From Marsupella aquatica (lineage: Eukaryota; Plantae; Marchantiophyta), in the NCBI GenBank assembly GCA_973895155.1, contig OZ316896.1:14542684-14606683 (forward strand): a stretch of DNA of 64,000 nt, written 5' to 3'. Of the stretch, positions 61,336 through 64,000 are shown piece after piece. Every line of letters begins with the position of its first letter. Position 1 is the first letter of the stretch. Under the pieces are notes generated by a model, which saw only the letters and a program-made list of their open reading frames with translations, was not told the DNA's origin and made no database searches. The translations under genes and the position numbers were made by a program.

Positions 61336-62433
61336 TTACATAGAATGTGTGACTACGTTTGGTATGTTTACTAAGTGGAATGTGGGACCACGTAGGACGT
61401 CTGCGGTTCCCTCCCCGCTTCTTTTCCCCCTTCCTTTCCTTTCCTTTCCTTTCCTTTCCTTGAGTTCGTCGTCCCTGCCACTGCGGTCGTCGACCCTTTC
61501 CTTCTCCCTCCGCTCCGCTTCGATTTGAAACAATCGGCTGCCATCCCCATTTTACGAGTGAGTGCTTGCTGATACGGCAGCTTCTGCCCTCTCCTCCCCT
61601 TTCCACACGCATTTTCGCAATCTTTCAGGAGGTCCTCTTCGGCATTCTCTCCACTTCTTCTTTCCTGAATACGAATACCGTCGAGAGGGTCTTCTTCGGC
61701 ATTCTCTCCAGTTCTTCTTTCCTGAAATCGAATACCATCGAGACGGTGAGTGAAGGCGAGGCGCGTGATCTGACTCTTCATTATTGCATTATGGTTTCGC
61801 TCCAGCTCCATTCGTTTCCCGTACAATGCCGTAATTTTCGAGGAGATCTGCTTCTGCCTTTCTCTTTTATTCATGTGTCCGAGAACGTGTTCGAATATCA
61901 TCGACGCGGTGAGCGAGGGCGCCTCTTTTTGATTTGGTCTGACGCTTGGTTTCATTGTTGTTTCGCTGATGGTGTAGATCTTCGGGAGGCAGTTTTCCCC
62001 GCCCTGAGAAGGGAGCACTCGGAACGCTCGCTGGGCGTGCAGCGCCCTTCGTGACTTCCAGCTCGGTCCTTTTTTTTCCTAATTTTATAGCTCGTTCTGG
62101 TTTCTTTGGAGGGGATGGGGATGACGATCACAGTGAAGCTCTTCTGTTCTGTTCGTTGGCGGTACGTCGGTCTCTTTTGAGGTGGCGAAATGCCTTGAGA
62201 CTTGGAGGCAGTCGGGGGCCGGCGAGTGTGAGGTGATCTGCCGGCAAGGGTTATCAGAATGAGGCCGCGAGGAGGCTGGAGAATGGACCGACCTAGTTGA
62301 TATTGCCGAGCAGTGGAAGACGTCTTCACGTCGCCTTCACTCGCCGAGGTAAGGCGACAGAAGGAATAAGGGGTGACTCTGTTGGAAGAGCTGCAGCAAC
62401 GTCAGGAAGAAGAAGAAAGAAGGAAGTAAGGAA

Positions 62434-64000
62434 ATGGCGTCAGGAGGTCTGAGCCTTCTGGCAGCGTGTGGAGGGGAAACCGTGAAGCTATTTGATCCGG
62501 CCGTGGAGACCGGGGACCCTTGCGTTTTTCAGTACACACCTGCGCCAGGCTTTCAAGTCAATTGTGCTAGATGGAACCACACGAGTGAGTTGCATTGCAC
62601 GCATTCCCTCCCTTTCCTTTCTTCGTGCTTTTACGCGAATGTTTTAACTTTTTCTGTTCTTGAGAATGTAGATGTCGAAACGAATCTTTCTAAATTCGTC
62701 TGTTGGTTGGCTCGTCGAAGACCATTTCTCAATGAAATCTTGATGTACAATGGATGTCTTTGTCAGCTGCAATATTTTATAGCGGAGAAATTTTGCTCAT
62801 AGTTTGGGCATTGTACTGTCTCCTTGGATTTCTCTTCGTAGAAGTACGTCACATAGTTCCATCTCTGAGTCCAGGAGAACGTATTTCCAGCTACGTCCGA
62901 AATGCGGCAGGTTTCGACTTCGACGCCGGCACTGTGAATGCTTTAGTTTTATAGTTCAGTTTTAAATCTGACAGGCTGGAAGGGAGCGGAGAGCGCTTCC
63001 CAAGAATTAATCATCTACTTTACCTGTTAGGCACAACAATACGGTTTATAATTTGTCTGATCATAAATTTCACTGTGAGGCAGATCTTGTTGTTGCTAGT
63101 GCCGGAGAAGATCGGAAGATATCAATGTGGATGAAAAATGGGCAGTCAGTGGGAGTCGTTCCACAACCTGGCGCCGAAGCGGATGATACGATTGATGTAA
63201 GGACACTCTTCGACTTATTCCTACCCTCGAGTTCAAGTCTAGCCTGATCTACCGAAATGTAGAGGTTGTGCGCCCGGCGAGAAATTAATATAGGGACCAC
63301 GAGTCAAGTCTGACGATGTGGGCTTCGTTGCAGGAATCTATCCTCACGATTTGCTTTAGCAGTAAGGGCTCCAGATATCTGGCTTCAGGAGGGACGGGGA
63401 AAATCGTTCGAGTGTGGGATATGCAACGTCGGAGGTGTATAAAATGGCTCAAGGGCCACATGGATACAATTACTGGGGTCATGTACAACTGTAGAGACGA
63501 ACATTTAGCTTCTGTAAGCATTAGAGGAGATCTCATATTGCACAATCTTGCTTCTGGTACTCGTGCAGCAGAATTCAAAGACCCTCATGATCAGGTATTG
63601 ATGTGATACCCCTTGTTTTGTACCCGACCTCTGGTTGTTAGCGCAAATATGTGAAAGTTTCTCAGCTTGGTCTCCAATCTCGTTGTGCACATTTCTCGGC
63701 AAGCTAATTCTTTAGTATCACAAACTTCTCTTGTGAGTACTGGTCTCTTGTAGCTCTGTCCGTTGAGAACCATTAAGTAGAGATGTCATCAGATCATAGC
63801 TCAGCAGCATAATTCAGTTAGCTTTGAACTTCGTATCGGTTCTGGCAGGGAGATGATGGACTGTCTGAATGTCCCTCCTGAGTTTCTTTGGAGCAGGTTC
63901 TGAGAGTGTTGGAGTATTCTCGGTTGAGCAGGCATCTTCTGGTGACGGCTGGCGATGATGGATCTGTACACATCTGGGATACAACGAATCGCAGTCCCAA
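62434..64000 (+). CDS. NEDD1: NEDD1/GCP-WD gamma-tubulin-ring targeting WD40 protein (5' part; runs off the window)
   Basis: Exons 62434-62584, 63084-63196, 63334-63594 and 63897->64000. Motifs: [14 protein letters not shown]...GDPC..YTP.PG..VN...[75 protein letters not shown]. Confidence 0.93.

Overview
Eukaryotic nuclear DNA from a land plant. GT-AG introns, the plant-type tRNA-Tyr and U3 sequences and the gene content suggest a bryophyte such as a liverwort, which is an inference. Intron-containing genes: LARP6, a group-1 LEA/Em protein, MUTYH, AAE14/MenE, QPT/nadC and the 5' part of NEDD1. Also present are an intronless alpha/beta-hydrolase CDS, an orphan ORF, an intron-containing tRNA-Tyr(GUA) and a U3 snoRNA nested in a MUTYH intron. 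Mobile DNA: a complete 4.3-kb Mutator-like element (long TIRs, 10-bp TSD), a MULE-type MITE, a tRNA-derived SINE and a probable solo LTR. There is also a fused ADH-like/GATase-like pseudogene pair. The most notable item is the MULE. Opposite its MuDRA-type transposase it carries an intact accessory ORF made of a hydrophobic N-terminus, a Pro-rich linker and a stand-alone RNase H1/viroplasmin RNA:DNA-hybrid-binding domain. All calls come from manual motif recognition; no database searches were run.
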